From NCBI GenBank assembly GCA_013265495.1, contig MU058153.1, forward strand, positions 994,001 through 1,058,000: a stretch of 64,000 nucleotides of DNA, written 5' to 3'. Positions 38,985-51,200 of the stretch are shown piece by piece. The stretch comes from Vicugna vicugna (taxonomy: Eukaryota). Under the pieces are notes generated by a model, which was not told the origin of the DNA, did no database searches, and saw nothing but the letters and a program-made list of their open reading frames with translations. Every line of letters starts with the position of its first letter. The first letter of the stretch is position 1. Both the position numbers and the translations under genes were made by a program.

Positions 38985-40040
38985 GGAGCAAATATGGGTG
39001 ATACAATTAGTAATTTATTATAAAAGTCCAGTCAAGAAATTATGGTAACTTGGACTTGGGTCTTACCAATTGATATAGAAGATAGTAGAAATATCCATTA
39101 AATACACAGATACTAAAAATATGAACATAAATAGATGATGAATTGGATGGAGTAGACAGTGGATTAAAGAAAAGTCTGGTGTTGAGGATAATTCCTGGCT
39201 TTATGGTTTACATAAAGAGATGGATGGTGTATATTCACTGATGCTGAATACAGATATGGACTGAGTTTCTTTGGGAAAAGCTCATTAGATTATGAGGTCA
39301 TTTTGGACAGGCTGAATTTAAAATGTCTTTGGGAGGAACAAAAATGACTGCTTAGGTTTCCAAACATCATCTCAGTATGTAGTTTCCTACAGATGTGCAT
39401 GAACCTGATGAATAAGTTTAGGGCACAGAAATATAATTTTGAGAGTCATTGACAAATAAGTGGTTCATTGATATGCTATAATGAGATTGCCTACAGAGAG
39501 AATATTTAACAATAACAACACCGAAAGCCAAAATAGAATGGTGTGAAAATGAACCTTGAGGAACTTTTATGATCTACCACAAAAAGAGGCACGAGAAAAA
39601 AAAGATACAGAAATCAGAAGCTCAATGAAGCATATTTTTCAAGAAGGGAGAGTAGTTGTCAAGATTGAGGTATATTGAGAAGTCAAGTAAATTGAAGACT
39701 TAAAAAAAAATCCCATATGATTTAGTGATACGGAAGTCTTTGGTGACCTTCATGAAATTTTGTCTGGATACACAATCAACATGGATCCAAATGCATGAAA
39801 TTGGAAAAAATGGGCATAAATTAATAAAATCAAATATATACAATTCTTGAGAGGCTTATCGGTGAAAAGAAACTAAGGGACAAGGAAGTAGAGGAAGGAT
39901 ATGGAAGTAAGACAGTTGTGTTTTTGGATGGATTTTGGACAGTGAGACTTGGACGTTTGTAAATGACAAGTGGTCTGATGCAATTAAGATGGAGAGACTG
40001 AAAATACAAGAAGAAGAGAAATGTTGATTATCAATGGTTA
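38985..40040 (-). mobile_element. L2 LINE, right part
   Basis: ttttggacaggctgaatttaaaatgtcttt, atataattttgagagtcattgac, gtctttggtgaccttca. Confidence 0.8.
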
Positions 40041-40714
40041 CTGAGTCTTCACTTTCTTTCTGTGGTCCTGAATTTTATCACGTTTTGTGGGTTGCATGAT
40101 TCTGTGAGTGCATATTGGTGTCAGAAGACAAAGGGGACTTGCTCTATATTTTCAGGTTGCACATTTAAATAGTCAAACGGAAGAGATGAAAAATAAAGAA
40201 AGTCACAAAAATTTGATATATGAACCAGGCTGATTCTAGTTTCTATTGTTTGGTTTGCTCCTGAGTCCCTGCCTTTTCACCCATCCCTAGTATCTTTACA
40301 GTCTTAGCCTCTTCTTTTTTTTTTTCCCCCAGAACCTTAGAAATTCATAAAACTCTTCACTCCAGTGTCTCACAGAGACTCATACTCTTAAGTGAACTAT
40401 TTGCAAAATATTGGTTATTAATATATTAATTTAAACATAAAGAAACCCTCCTTGGTGCGCCTGTAGCCCTTAATTTGCCTATATCTGAAATCGTATAATC
40501 TATTTCTCCAGGTAAAGAGAACATTTAAATTCATTATACCCCTAAACCAGGGACCTTATTTTTCTAGGACCTAATTGCCATCTAAATGGCAGTGGAACAG
40601 GACCCCAAGTCATCCCCTGAGCAATCAATATATAAATCTAAAGACTTCTAAAGCCTCAGAATCATTGATAAGGTCAACTATTGGAGCAGCCATAATTTTT
40701 GAAGCCAATTACTC

Positions 40715-40836
40715 AATAAAACATAGCTCCTTAGAGGCAAGGATCTTCTGTAATTTATCTTCCATTCCAAGTCACCTTAGCACAGTAGAGAAGAGAAGAT
40801 GCCCAGGAAATATTTGCTGAATAAATGGTGAATGAT
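40715..40836 (+). mobile_element. L2 3' terminal fragment
   Basis: agctccttagaggcaaggatc...ccttagcacagta...aaatatttgctgaataaatg. Confidence 0.75.
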
Positions 40837-41119
40837 GTTTGTTCTCTCAGCTCAGACTTGCCCTTTGCAGGAGATATATTCCTCAACATAAACCTCCAGC
40901 AAACGGCACTGCATTGAAGTTACTCTCAATGTCACTCTCCAGATGTCATCATCAGCACGTGATGCGTTCTTACTCTTAGAGCCCTGAGATGTGAAACATT
41001 TAAGGTTTCAGAGGCATAAAATAACGAAAGTATCCTGTCGAGAAATGTTTTATCTCTGAGGATTTGAGGAAGCCAATATTTCTGTCTCTAACTCCCTGAC
41101 CTAGAGTGTTACTATTTAT

Positions 41120-41335
41120 CAGTGGATTCCAACAGGGGTGCTGTTATCATCTGAGGCAGGACAACTCTTTATGTGGGACCTTCTCTGCAGATTGCAGGAT
41201 GTTTAGCATCCCTTCACCCTGCCCTTGTATTTCCATAGTACTTGCTGTCCTAGTCATTGTGAAAAAACAAACAAAAAAAAGTGTTCTTGGAACCAAAGGA
41301 AACTTGTAGGAGAAGGCAGCAAACTGCTAAGAAAG
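41120..41335 (-). mobile_element. MER20-family hAT DNA transposon, degenerate
   Basis: cagtggattccaac...attgcaggatgtttagcatccc...gtcattgtga. Confidence 0.6.
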
Positions 41336-42602
41336 AAGTAGCAAAAATTAACCTCACAGAGCTTGCTTTGATTCAGCTAGCTAACTGTGAGAGCAGATAG
41401 AGGATGACGGATATGACTAGCCAAAAAGAGAGAGAGACAGAAAGAGATGCAATTTATTTTCTGAGGGAAAAATGTAAGAACAGCAGTGGACTTCTGAGCA
41501 ATATAATGATTCTTCTACTAACACATGAACTTTCAGGCAATGTACCGAGAGAAAGCCGCAGAGACAGGTGAAAGAAGCAAAATGTAGTAAGTGTGAGGTA
41601 ATTCAGAAATGCTACCCTCATCCTACTCACCCTCATTCCAAACTTCTGTTATCAAGAAAAGAATTTTTAGAGGAACTAAGGCAGTTGGTTTCTGAACTGT
41701 TTCCCTCTTATAACTGGGTTAATTAAGAAGCTGCCATATTCACTGTCAGTCATCTAAAAGGACCAGTCTCAGCAGAGGGCAGGTAGAATGAAAAGGTGAG
41801 AAAGTCACGTTGTTAGATTGTAGTGGGAAAGAAGAAGAGTTTTAGGAGTGACGTTTGTGTGTGTGTGAGTGAAACTTGCTTGTTCAATCATATAAGCAAA
41901 GAGACTACTATACCTGCAAAGAAGGGTGGTGAGCAAGTGTTGTTGTGGGATATGCGGTTTTGCTACCCAACCATAATGAATTCCTAGCAAAGTATGAAAA
42001 AAGAGCCTGATGAAACGGGCATAACACTAATGCCCAGGACTTCCTCTTGCATCAATCATGCATCCATTGGTTTTCAAATGGTTGGAATGAAAAGTACTGG
42101 TTTTTAAGATCAGTTTCTAAATAATGTTAGAGAAAATGATTTTTAAATAGTATATTGTTTAGAATGCTTCATTATATCTATTAACATAGCCAAGACTTTC
42201 ACATTTTAAGGTTTCCTTGGACCTGTTTAACTTTTTAGGTAAGCTATTTGTCAGTCTTTGAAAGACAAAAGCTTTCCAATTATCCAAATACCAAGGAATC
42301 TTTTTCTTGTGGAGAAACTGCCTGGCTCCAGCTTCCCCAGTGCACATGGTGTGTTCACTGGAACAGGACACTTGGATGTAAGCTTTGAAATGTTTTAAGT
42401 TCCTTGCAGCCTGAAATGGGAAGCAAAAGTAGATTTGGCTCCAAAAAGGAAATTAAGTTAACAAAGTGCTGCATAATAAATGAAGTTAAACCCCAGTTTG
42501 ACTAAAGAGGTGAACCATGTTTAATTAGCGTAGCAATAGACTATGTAAAGGATACTTTAAGCATGCTAAACGTTCTTGAAAATAATTTATAGCCTTTAGT
42601 AA

Positions 42603-43606
42603 TGTATTTGTTTGTTAGGGCTGCCACGATGGAAGTACCACAGAGTAGGTGGCTTAAACAACAGAAATTCACTTTTTTCACAGTTCTGAAGGTTAGAAGT
42701 CCAAGATCAGGGTGCCAGTGAAGTTGATTTCCTCTGAGGACCGTAAGGGAAAGATCTGTTGCATCTTTTCTCAGCTTGCAAGTGGCCATCCTCTTGCTGC
42801 CTCTTCATGGGGTTGTCCCTCTGTGCACACCTTGCATTTCTGATGCCTCATTGTGTGTCCAAATTTCCTATAAGTATTGCAGGAAAATGGGACACAATAG
42901 GATGGTCATGTCCCAGGTCTCAGGCAAGTCTCTGGGATGCACCCCACCAAGTGATGATCCTTGGCTCTGGGCAGGAAAGAATTCAAGAGCAAGCCGCAGT
43001 AAAGTGAAAGTAAGTTTATTTAGAGAGAGAAACATTTCATAGGCAGAATGTGGTCTGTCTCAGGAGGGCGAACAGTCCCAGGGCATGAGGTCATCTTGGA
43101 AAGTTAGAGTAGTCCCCAGAATTCAGGGATGGTCAGTTTTTATGGGCTGGGTAATTTCGTATGCTAACAAGTGGGAGGATTATTCCAACTATTTTGGGGA
43201 AGAGGCAGGGATTTCCAGAAGTTGGGCCACTGCCCACTTTTTAACCTTTTATGATCAGCCTAGGAACCGTCATGGCACCTGTGGGTGTGACCTTTAGCAA
43301 GCTAATGTATTACCATGAGTGTTTAATGAGGCTCAAGGTTTACTGGAAGCTGAATCTTCCTGCCATCTTGGGCCTAGCTGGTTCTAACCAGTTTTTGTCA
43401 TAGCCTCAATAACTGTACCCTGCCCCCTTCCCTCCCGCTTCATAAGACACCAGTCAGAATGGATTAAGGTCCACTCTGATGGCCTTATTTTAACTTGATT
43501 GCCTTTTTAAGGCCTTATATCCAAATAAGGTACCTTCTGGAATACTCAGAGTTAGGGCTACAAGATACGAATTTGGGGGAGGGGATACACAGTTCAACTC
43601 ATAACA
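42603..43606 (-). mobile_element. MLT1A/B-type MaLR solo LTR, split by an ERV1 LTR
   Basis: TG start at 42603 (tgtatttgtttgttagggctgcc), ggcttaaacaacagaaatt...cacagttctgaagg, resumes at acaccagtcagaatggattaagg and ends ataaca at 43606; flanks agtaa/agtac match 4 of 5 bases of a 5-bp TSD. Confidence 0.9.
42875..43442 (-). mobile_element. MER41-like ERV1 solo LTR, 568 bp
   Basis: Minus strand reads TGAAGC...GCAATA; exact 4-bp TSD TAAG at 42871-42874 and 43443-43446; minus-strand AATAAA at 43015-43020 and CATAAAAA at 43137-43144; U5-like aataaacttactttcactttactgcggcttgctcttgaattctttcctg resembles MER41. Confidence 0.85.
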
Positions 43607-43701
43607 AGTACTTTAGAGATTCTTCCTAGGATCCTGTTTTTATCTTCTCATATTGCTGCCAAATAAAGAGTTTGGGAACTGACATGGTCAGTTCTCTAAG
43701 G

Positions 43702-43916
43702 CAGTTTACCACCCTTGGCACTATCGACATGTGGGCTGGATAATTCTTTGCTTGACCAGAATCTTCTGCCTTATAGAATGTCTAGCAGCATTTCTGGCCT
43801 CTCTACTTACCAGATGCCAGCAGCAAAACCCCCTGCAATTATGACAATTTAAAATGTCTCCAGACGTTCCCAAATCCTCTCTGGGGTCCAAAGCTACCCC
43901 TAGTTGAGAACAATTG
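43702..43916 (-). mobile_element. MER20 hAT DNA transposon, full length
   Basis: ggcactatcgacatgtgggctggataattctttg...aaaatgtctccagac...gttgagaacaattg; 8-bp flanks ctctaagg/ccctaaag match 6 of 8. Confidence 0.9.
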
Positions 43917-44039
43917 CCCTAAAGTGAAGGAAATGAAAGAAAAATAAGCAAACACACACCCAGGACAAGCAGTAAGAAGAGTGTTGAGAGTAAATGGAGC
44001 TTATTATGACTTTTCTTCTGATAACTATCTATCACCTTT

Positions 44040-44238
44040 AGCGCGAGACCAGCTGGGGTTTGTCCTCTGGCTCGGACAGACGCTAGCTGTGTGGTTTTAC
44101 TCAAGTTTCTCCTAAAACTGGGTCCTTTCTGTGTCTTAGTTCTACTATCTGTAAAATGGCAATGGTAATAGACTCGACTGCCTAGGACATCAGTGATAAT
44201 AAATAAAGAACTCACACAGTGTCTGGCACATAGTAACT
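44040..44238 (+). mobile_element. MIR SINE
   Basis: ctagctgtgtgg...tctgtgtcttagttctactatctgtaaaatgg...cacagtgtctggcacatagtaa. Confidence 0.8.
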
Positions 44239-44396
44239 CTGGTGGAAGTCTGCTGTTGCAGCAGCAGCGGTAACAGCGCTGGACGAAGTAGTAGAAGACC
44301 TCAAAACTGTTAATAGAGTGTCTTTGATTGTAACATGTACTGTGACCTAGGGCTGAGCTGAGCTTTACCTTGCAAACTCGACAGATATGCTTGAGA

Positions 44397-44576
44397 ACAG
44401 GACTTCTAAGTGAAGATCCATGAATGAGTGTCAGTCTGGTAAATAAAGTCCCTAAAGTCAGCATGCAACTTTTAAAGAATGTGTGAGCACGTGTTATTTT
44501 TCAGAAGAAAGGACTGGAATTTTTAATCGTGTTCACCAAAAGACCTAAATACTACGAAACAGTAAAGAAGTGCTGC
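44397..44576. mobile_element. possible MER103-like hAT element
   Basis: caggacttct...agaagtgctg are imperfect inverted termini; the interior is only loosely similar. Confidence 0.4.
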
Positions 44577-45189
44577 TTCACACGTATTAATGAATCAAAT
44601 TATAAAATTCTAAACGTGGTCTTTTGGGGAAAAATTATGAATACGATAAACCATTAGCTAACCCAGTCGTCAAAAAAGGAAGTGAAGTACAAATACCCAA
44701 AATAAGAAATAAAAACAGAGATGTTAATATAAGAGCAAAAGAAATGAAAGAATAAATCTTAAGAGAATGCTTTGTTCATTCTTATGCTAATAAATCAATA
44801 TTCACTATATATAGTGATATTTTATTAATAATCATAAGGTATGTGATGCTTAAGCTGGGATCTCTAACCTCTCCTTGCTCTCACACTCTGACAGTATGTG
44901 GCCTCTGGGGAAGCCAGGTGGCCTCCTAGCCTGGGGCTTTAGCCTGGATTCCATCAACATGTCACTCCCTAGAACCCTCTCTTCATCCCTGAGGAAAAGG
45001 ACCCAAATAGCCTGTCATTCCTTGAGGACAACTAGTCTGGGCCATGATATCTTAGTGGTTATTTGTCTGTCTGTCCGCCTATCATGCATCTATTGATTAT
45101 GTGTTTGAAAGGAGACAATTTGCTTGTTCCTTCTAGACACAAATGGTGCTACTATATCAATTAAGGATGGCATCATGCTTCATAGAGCT

Positions 45190-45760
45190 CGTTAGAAGCA
45201 TCCTCATTAAAATATTAGAGTCAGGATTAAGCCAGGATGTCCTTTATCACCAATGGTGTTTAACATTGTGCTGGAATATTAACCAACAAGATTAGAGAAA
45301 GATGTATGAACCATGAAAATTTAAAAGAAACATGTAAATGACCACTTTTTGCAAGTGATGATTGTTTATGTGGAAGCCCCATGAAAATCAACTGTAAAAC
45401 TCTTGCAAATTATAATTCGGTAATTTATTTAAAATAAATAGGCAGATTGTATGCATATTTACATAGATATACAAAACAGTCACAAAATATAATAGATATG
45501 GTCCATTTTATAATAGCAAATAGAAGAATATTTTAACTAAAGTAAAATGTCAGGACATGTATATATATGTATATGTCTACATGCAAATTATTTGTAGAAG
45601 GATATATATAAAAACACTGTCTGTGGGGTTATGAAGTGTATAAATAGCTCAGGGTATCAGAAGGAGACTTACTTTTTGGTTTACATGACCCTGCAATTTT
45701 GAGTTTTATACCATCTGCATATACTGCCTTTGTAAATTGTGTAACTAAAATATATTTTTA
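45190..45760 (+). mobile_element. ancient L1 ORF2 reverse-transcriptase remnant with 3' fragments
   Basis: 45232-45276 translates as PGCPLSPMVFNIVLE (L1 RT QGCPLSPLLFNIVLE); a frameshifted LFA..MIVYVE segment downstream corresponds to LFADDMIVY. Confidence 0.85.
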
Positions 45761-46814
45761 AATAATCATTTCTTTTGATTAATAATACCAATGTTCATAA
45801 TATCCTGAATTAAACTTTTCTTCCAAGAACCACAATAAGTTTAATTGAGGATGACTCAACTCACACAACGGAATGAGAGTCACATATAATTTAAATGAGG
45901 TTAATGTAAGCAAAATTATATACAATAATTAACAAATGATATTCACTGTATTTCTTATGTAAATATAAATTTTCTCCCTGGTAAAGAATTGTGGAAAACT
46001 CATAGTAAAAATGTATTCAGAAATTTCTCTTCAAGGATGAGATTCTTTCAACCTACATTGTTCAAATTACCATCTACTGCCTGCTCCATCCAGAAGTTGT
46101 TTCATGCTAAGTCAGTTCTTGTTTGAATTATAGCCCTTATTAATATGTTAAAAACTGTATTCAATTTCTTTTAAGGTACACTTTAAGTCACAACATCTAT
46201 CAAAGGTATTCTTGGTATACTTGTACCAATACACTTTGCACATTTGCCTTCCAAAATATTCTTTGAATTCTTCTCTACCTGTCTCATTCTCTCTGTTTGT
46301 AAAAACCCCTTAATCCCCGAGATGGTTTACTCTCTTCCAAAGTTTGGTTTTCTCCATAGGAATAAAAGCTAGTCCACCCCTATTAGAGGGAAGAGTCATT
46401 TGCTGATGAGGTTATGAGCAATAAAGAACAGTCAAATGTCATGCATACCTATGAACACATCCACACTTCCTGTGCAATGTCGCTGAACTTGTGCCAGGAT
46501 CATAAATGTCTTAGCAGCTCTACTTCTTATTTATTCCATATGCAATATAGTATTGGCTACAGAAATGTTTTACCATTGTATTATTGTTTTCGTGTTTATT
46601 ATCTTATTTAATGTCTTATTTCTTTAACCAAGCCCTGAGATGGTTATTAATCTCACCATTTTATGAAAAGACCTGGGCTCTGAGCAGCTGTACCTCTGTT
46701 CATGCAAGAGAATACAGTAGCTGGTACTCAATTATCGATCTAGCGATCCTAAGTTATTTTCCTCGTTAAGAGGGAGAGTTGATGTTAAGCAGCACCGTGG
46801 AAATTAGTAGACAG

Positions 46815-46966
46815 TAGAGCAGAGTGGTTAAGAACATGGACTGTGGTGTCAGATAGCCTTGCCATTAATTAGTTATATGACTTTGGAAAGTTATTAAGTA
46901 CTGTAATGCTCAGTTTTCTCATAAATATGTCAGAGGTCAAAATAACACTTCGTGCATAGGGGCTGT
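46815..46966 (+). mobile_element. MIR SINE 5' part
   Basis: agagcagagtggttaagaacatggactgtggtgtcagatagcct...tgactttggaaagttatt...ctcagttttctcat. Confidence 0.85.
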
Positions 46967-47129
46967 TTACTTGTTTATCCAACAAACATTTATGAGGGTT
47001 CACAATATGACAAACAGCATGGATACTATGGTAGGTAAGAGGAAATAGTTTGCTCTAACACCTCTGAGATGGAAAATTAACACCACCATGTTTACAATGA
47101 AGTAGAGATTTGGGGCCAGAGCGCCAAAC

Positions 47130-47500
47130 ACAGTCCGTCTCTGAGCCTTCACACTTAATATTGCTTCTTCCTAGAATGCGCTTTCCTAAGAAATCTACAA
47201 GAATCACCCTCCCTTCTTCAAATATCACGTTACAGAATCCTTGCCTGGCTTCTTTGTCTAAAGTAACCCCCACACCCATTTCTCTCATCTCTTACCTGCT
47301 TTATTTTTCTACATCACACTTATTCCACCTGATCTATTGAATGCTTACTTACTATATATCATCTGTCTTCTATTATCAGAGCATGAGCTTCATGAAAGCC
47401 AGAGCTTTGTCTCTTCTGTTCCCTGCTGTATCTCCAGCACTGAGAGAGGTGCCTGGGACAAGGAGAGCACAAAAGAAATAGATGCATAAAAATCACTTAA
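47130..47500 (+). mobile_element. L2 3' end
   Basis: tcctagaatgcgcttt...catgagcttcatgaaagccagagctttgtctcttctgttccctgctgtatctccagcactgagagaggtgcctgg. Confidence 0.85.
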
Positions 47501-47539
47501 TAAGTGAGGTAATTAATTAACAAGAGGGATCTGAAGTTC

Positions 47540-47935
47540 GGGCAGGATTCCCCGAGGAAGTGGTACGTGGCAGAGGCAGAAGAATAAACAGAAGTTGATC
47601 ATGCAGGGCGGTGCTGGATGAGAATTCCAGAAGACAGCAGGTACCAAGGCTGGGAAAATAGGAGTGTGTGTATCAGGCCCCAAGTCCAGAGCAAGGCAGT
47701 GTGTAGCTGGAGCAAAGACAGTGAAGGGGACTACAGGAAAAAATAAGGGAAGGGGCAGTGAGACTTGCTGGATCTTGAAGGTCACGTTAGAGGATTTTGT
47801 TTTCATACCAGTAACAAGGATTTGAAGCAGTAAAACCAGAAAAAGGCTTAAAAGGGGGAACGGAAGGCGACAGGCAAAGATGTGATCGGATTTTTTTTTT
47901 GATGTGAAACCATCACTTTCACTGCGCTTAGAGGT
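47540..47935 (-). mobile_element. L2 fragment
   Basis: gcaaggcagtgtgtagctggagca...gaaggtcacgttagaggattttg...atgtgatcggattt. Confidence 0.65.
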
Positions 47936-47936
47936 T

Positions 47937-48247
47937 GTGTTAGACAGGGTCATGACCCTCCAGAGATGAGCAGGTCTTAGCCCCAGAACCTGTAAATGTG
48001 TCGGGCCACTTGGATGGAGGCTGAACGCCAAGGAATGCAAGTGGCCTCTAGAAGCTGGAATAGGCAGAGAAATGGATTCTCCCCTAAAGTTTCCAGAAAA
48101 AATTGCAGCTCTGTCGACACCTTGATTTTTGCCCAGTGAGATCCATTTTGGAACTCTGACTTCAAGAACTGTGAGCTAATTAATGTGTGTTGTTTTAAAC
48201 CAATAATTTGTGATAATTTCTTACAAGAGCAACAGGAAATTAATATC
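47937..48247 (+). mobile_element. MLT1C/D-type MaLR LTR with internal deletion
   Basis: ccccagaacctgtaaatgtg, ccaaggaatgcaagtggcctctagaagctggaa, gattctcccctaaag, gacaccttgatttt, gcaacaggaaattaata. Confidence 0.9.
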
Positions 48248-51200
48248 GAGGGGTCACAGGAGTAATAGTTTGAAGAATTATCACATTACATAGAGTGCTT
48301 AGTAAAGTGCTAGTCCTAATACATACATTCATTAAATGTAAACTTTAATTTTTACTGTTGACATCATTTAAGGCTGTATTAATGTCACTAAGAAATACAT
48401 ATTTATTGGCTACATGAAGCTCTCTCCCTAATGAACCTTTCCCTATATTGAAAACAGTAATCAAACAATATTTTAATCTTCATAAGTTCTCCTCAAAGAA
48501 CCTAATGGACTGTAATTGACCTAAGGACCTTGACTCCTTCCACCTTTCACAGGCTGTAGATTCAGATAAGAAGTTCAGGATATAAAACACGTAAGAGTCA
48601 CTTTGCATCCCCCTTCGTGATTCTGATGTGATATGTACACCACAAAGCCCCACTGCAGAAACGCAGAAGGGGGCGAGGGAGGGAACAGGCTGCTCTGTAC
48701 GCACACGTTGTAAAACTTCATCATTGTGATGGTTTTTATATGACCTCATCGCAAAGAGACTCAAATTAAAAACAAGTGGTCTTCACTCAAGTGGATAGCA
48801 ATGGAGCACTAGTCAGTGGGCAGAACTGTCAAGAGAGTGGAACAGAAAATCACAGATCCCAAAGCACTGAGGGAGCAGATAAATAACTGCCCTTTATCTT
48901 TACTCTGAGGAGTACAACTATCAGCTCTAAAGATAATTAGGGGTATGTGATGGTAAATGATTGCTAGCTTTAGCCCTCAAACTGCCCAGTCTATCAGGAT
49001 ATACCATCTACTTGCTGTTTATTCCTTCTTTTAGATGACTCTCGTTTATATCTCTAATCATTACTTAAGAGGTCCTGGTGAAAAACATGGCTGAATGAAG
49101 ACATTGGTAGCTTTTGACAAAGGAACATGCCTTAATTACTTGGGGAACCAAACCTTAATTAGAAAATTTGAATGAGAATGAATTTGAATAAGATTGAAAA
49201 TATTTCGAGACATCCCTCCTTTGCATCCCTCTAGCAATGAGAACCAATCCTGTTCTCAGATGCAACAGTCTTCTTTCTTAGGAGTCTAACTCTACTAGAT
49301 GCTCCCTGTTTAAAAAGTCTCAATGATGCCTCAAAGACAACTTTTGAGAACCACTCAGCGTAGTAGCTATGCTGATCTGATTTCAAAGCTAGAGAGATAT
49401 ATTATCATGGAAACAGGATCTAGGTTGATCTGAATTTCATCTGCTTCTGCTGCTTATCCCTTCCCTGTGAAGTGATGATGCTCCTTTATGACTTCAGTTT
49501 TTTTTCTGCCTTACCAAAATGTATTGTCAGGAATAAAATATCGTGATTCTAACTAGAGGAGCAAGGGCACATGGAATTCTAAACTACAAAGATTCCATAT
49601 TCTTAGATAAGAAGAGCTCTCTCTATTTTAGTTGAAATTCTATCCTTAGCTATCATGAAAGTGAATAAAACCAAAGATCGCAGTGAAGAGCAGAAAGTCT
49701 TCTTATTTGATATGGTAATAGATGGATTTTTAAAAAAAGAGTAATGATCAGATCATTCAAAACTGTGATTAGATAACAAAACCCACATTACTTGATTAAC
49801 AAAATCCTTTTGGAAAAAACTCTTCATTAGAAGGTAAACTTAAAGTTCAGATTTTTATGTGCATAATAATATACTGCTAAGTTTATAAGGGAATATTTAC
49901 TCGGTGCCAAATATAAAATTATGGATTAATAAGTAGCTCTGTAAGAGGGTGACCACTGGTTTTATATAAACAGAAAAGTTACGGAGGTGTGTTTCTACTC
50001 TACTATCCTAAATGGGCTGTGCACACAAAGCACCGACAGTTGGGCTTTCATCCAGTTTGGGTTTATGCTCAGGTCCTGTGTTATCATGGAGTTGACCCAT
50101 GGAGAAGGCTGCGATTTCGTCATCCAGTGGATTTCTAGGTAACATTGTGGAATGTAGAGGGGCTCAAGTCTTGGTTTAAAAAGAAAAACAAAACTAGAGT
50201 AATGATGTGTGTATTGGAGGCACTGGGGATAAGCACACATTCCTGAATATTCATTCAGCTGGGGTGACAAAGTATTGATAGTATTCTATCAACACACTTC
50301 TATTCAGCTTTCAAAATGGGTTAATATATAATCTTGGCTCTTCTCTCTTCCTCTAATTGCTTAGGATCCAGTATGTTCAGTTGTTTTATTATTCTTAAGA
50401 TCGTATGGACAGCCTATCAGAGCTCTTGGCTCAGATTTAATTTTATCAGCCAGAAAGGTCATCAGCAAAATCCATTTCATGGCTGTTCCATAAGAGTCAA
50501 AAGATTAGTGATAAAGAGTATTGATGGTGATGGCCTTAAGAAAATGTCAGCTAGCGTCCACTTAACACTTGGGGAGGCGTCCATTCTTTACCTCTGAAAG
50601 ACAAATTTATCTTCACTTTCGAAGACATTTTTTGGGAGAGAACACTTATTAACCATCTTATAATTACCCATGAGTCTGAGTCTTCAATTTACATATCCTT
50701 TGCCTTTATTATAGACCATCAAACTATGGTATAGTATATTATAGGCTATCAGAATTTCCCGAACATTATCTCATAACCTTTCCAGACTAAGCTTCAGATA
50801 TCATGTGATTGATCCATACCCTCTGTTCAGGGTTGTTCTTGGAGATGACTGAATTGACTTTGAGGTGTTTTGTGGATTTTAAATGAAGAGTTTGCTTTCT
50901 GTTTTCCAAAATCCAAGAATATTTGGACCCCCTAGTTGTTTGTCATATTTAGTCACGTTGTGTAATTCTCTCATGCAATGACATTGGGTGAGGCAACGAC
51001 CATATAATTTCTACTCTAATAATACTGGCATGAGTATAGGGGACAATTTTTTACTGTTAGTTTCTGTGAAATCTCTTCTGCGGGTAAATTTACCAACCCT
51101 TGAAGCTGACAGTAAAGTATATTTCTTTCCTTGAAGGTGAATGTGTATTGTTGCTGAGTCTCTTGTGGCTCAGGATTGGGGATAAAAAAAAAAGAAGGAA

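Noticed and set aside
40333..40510. Candidate exon with a long polypyrimidine acceptor and CAG|GTAAAG donor
   Set aside because: Stops in all three frames; a non-coding exon cannot be supported without RNA data.
43919..44464. 181-aa ORF, the longest in the track
   Set aside because: Spans a MIR and a possible hAT remnant; no domain and no splice context.
47513..48040. 175-aa ORF
   Set aside because: Crosses an L2/MLT1 junction; consistent with a chance ORF in repeats.
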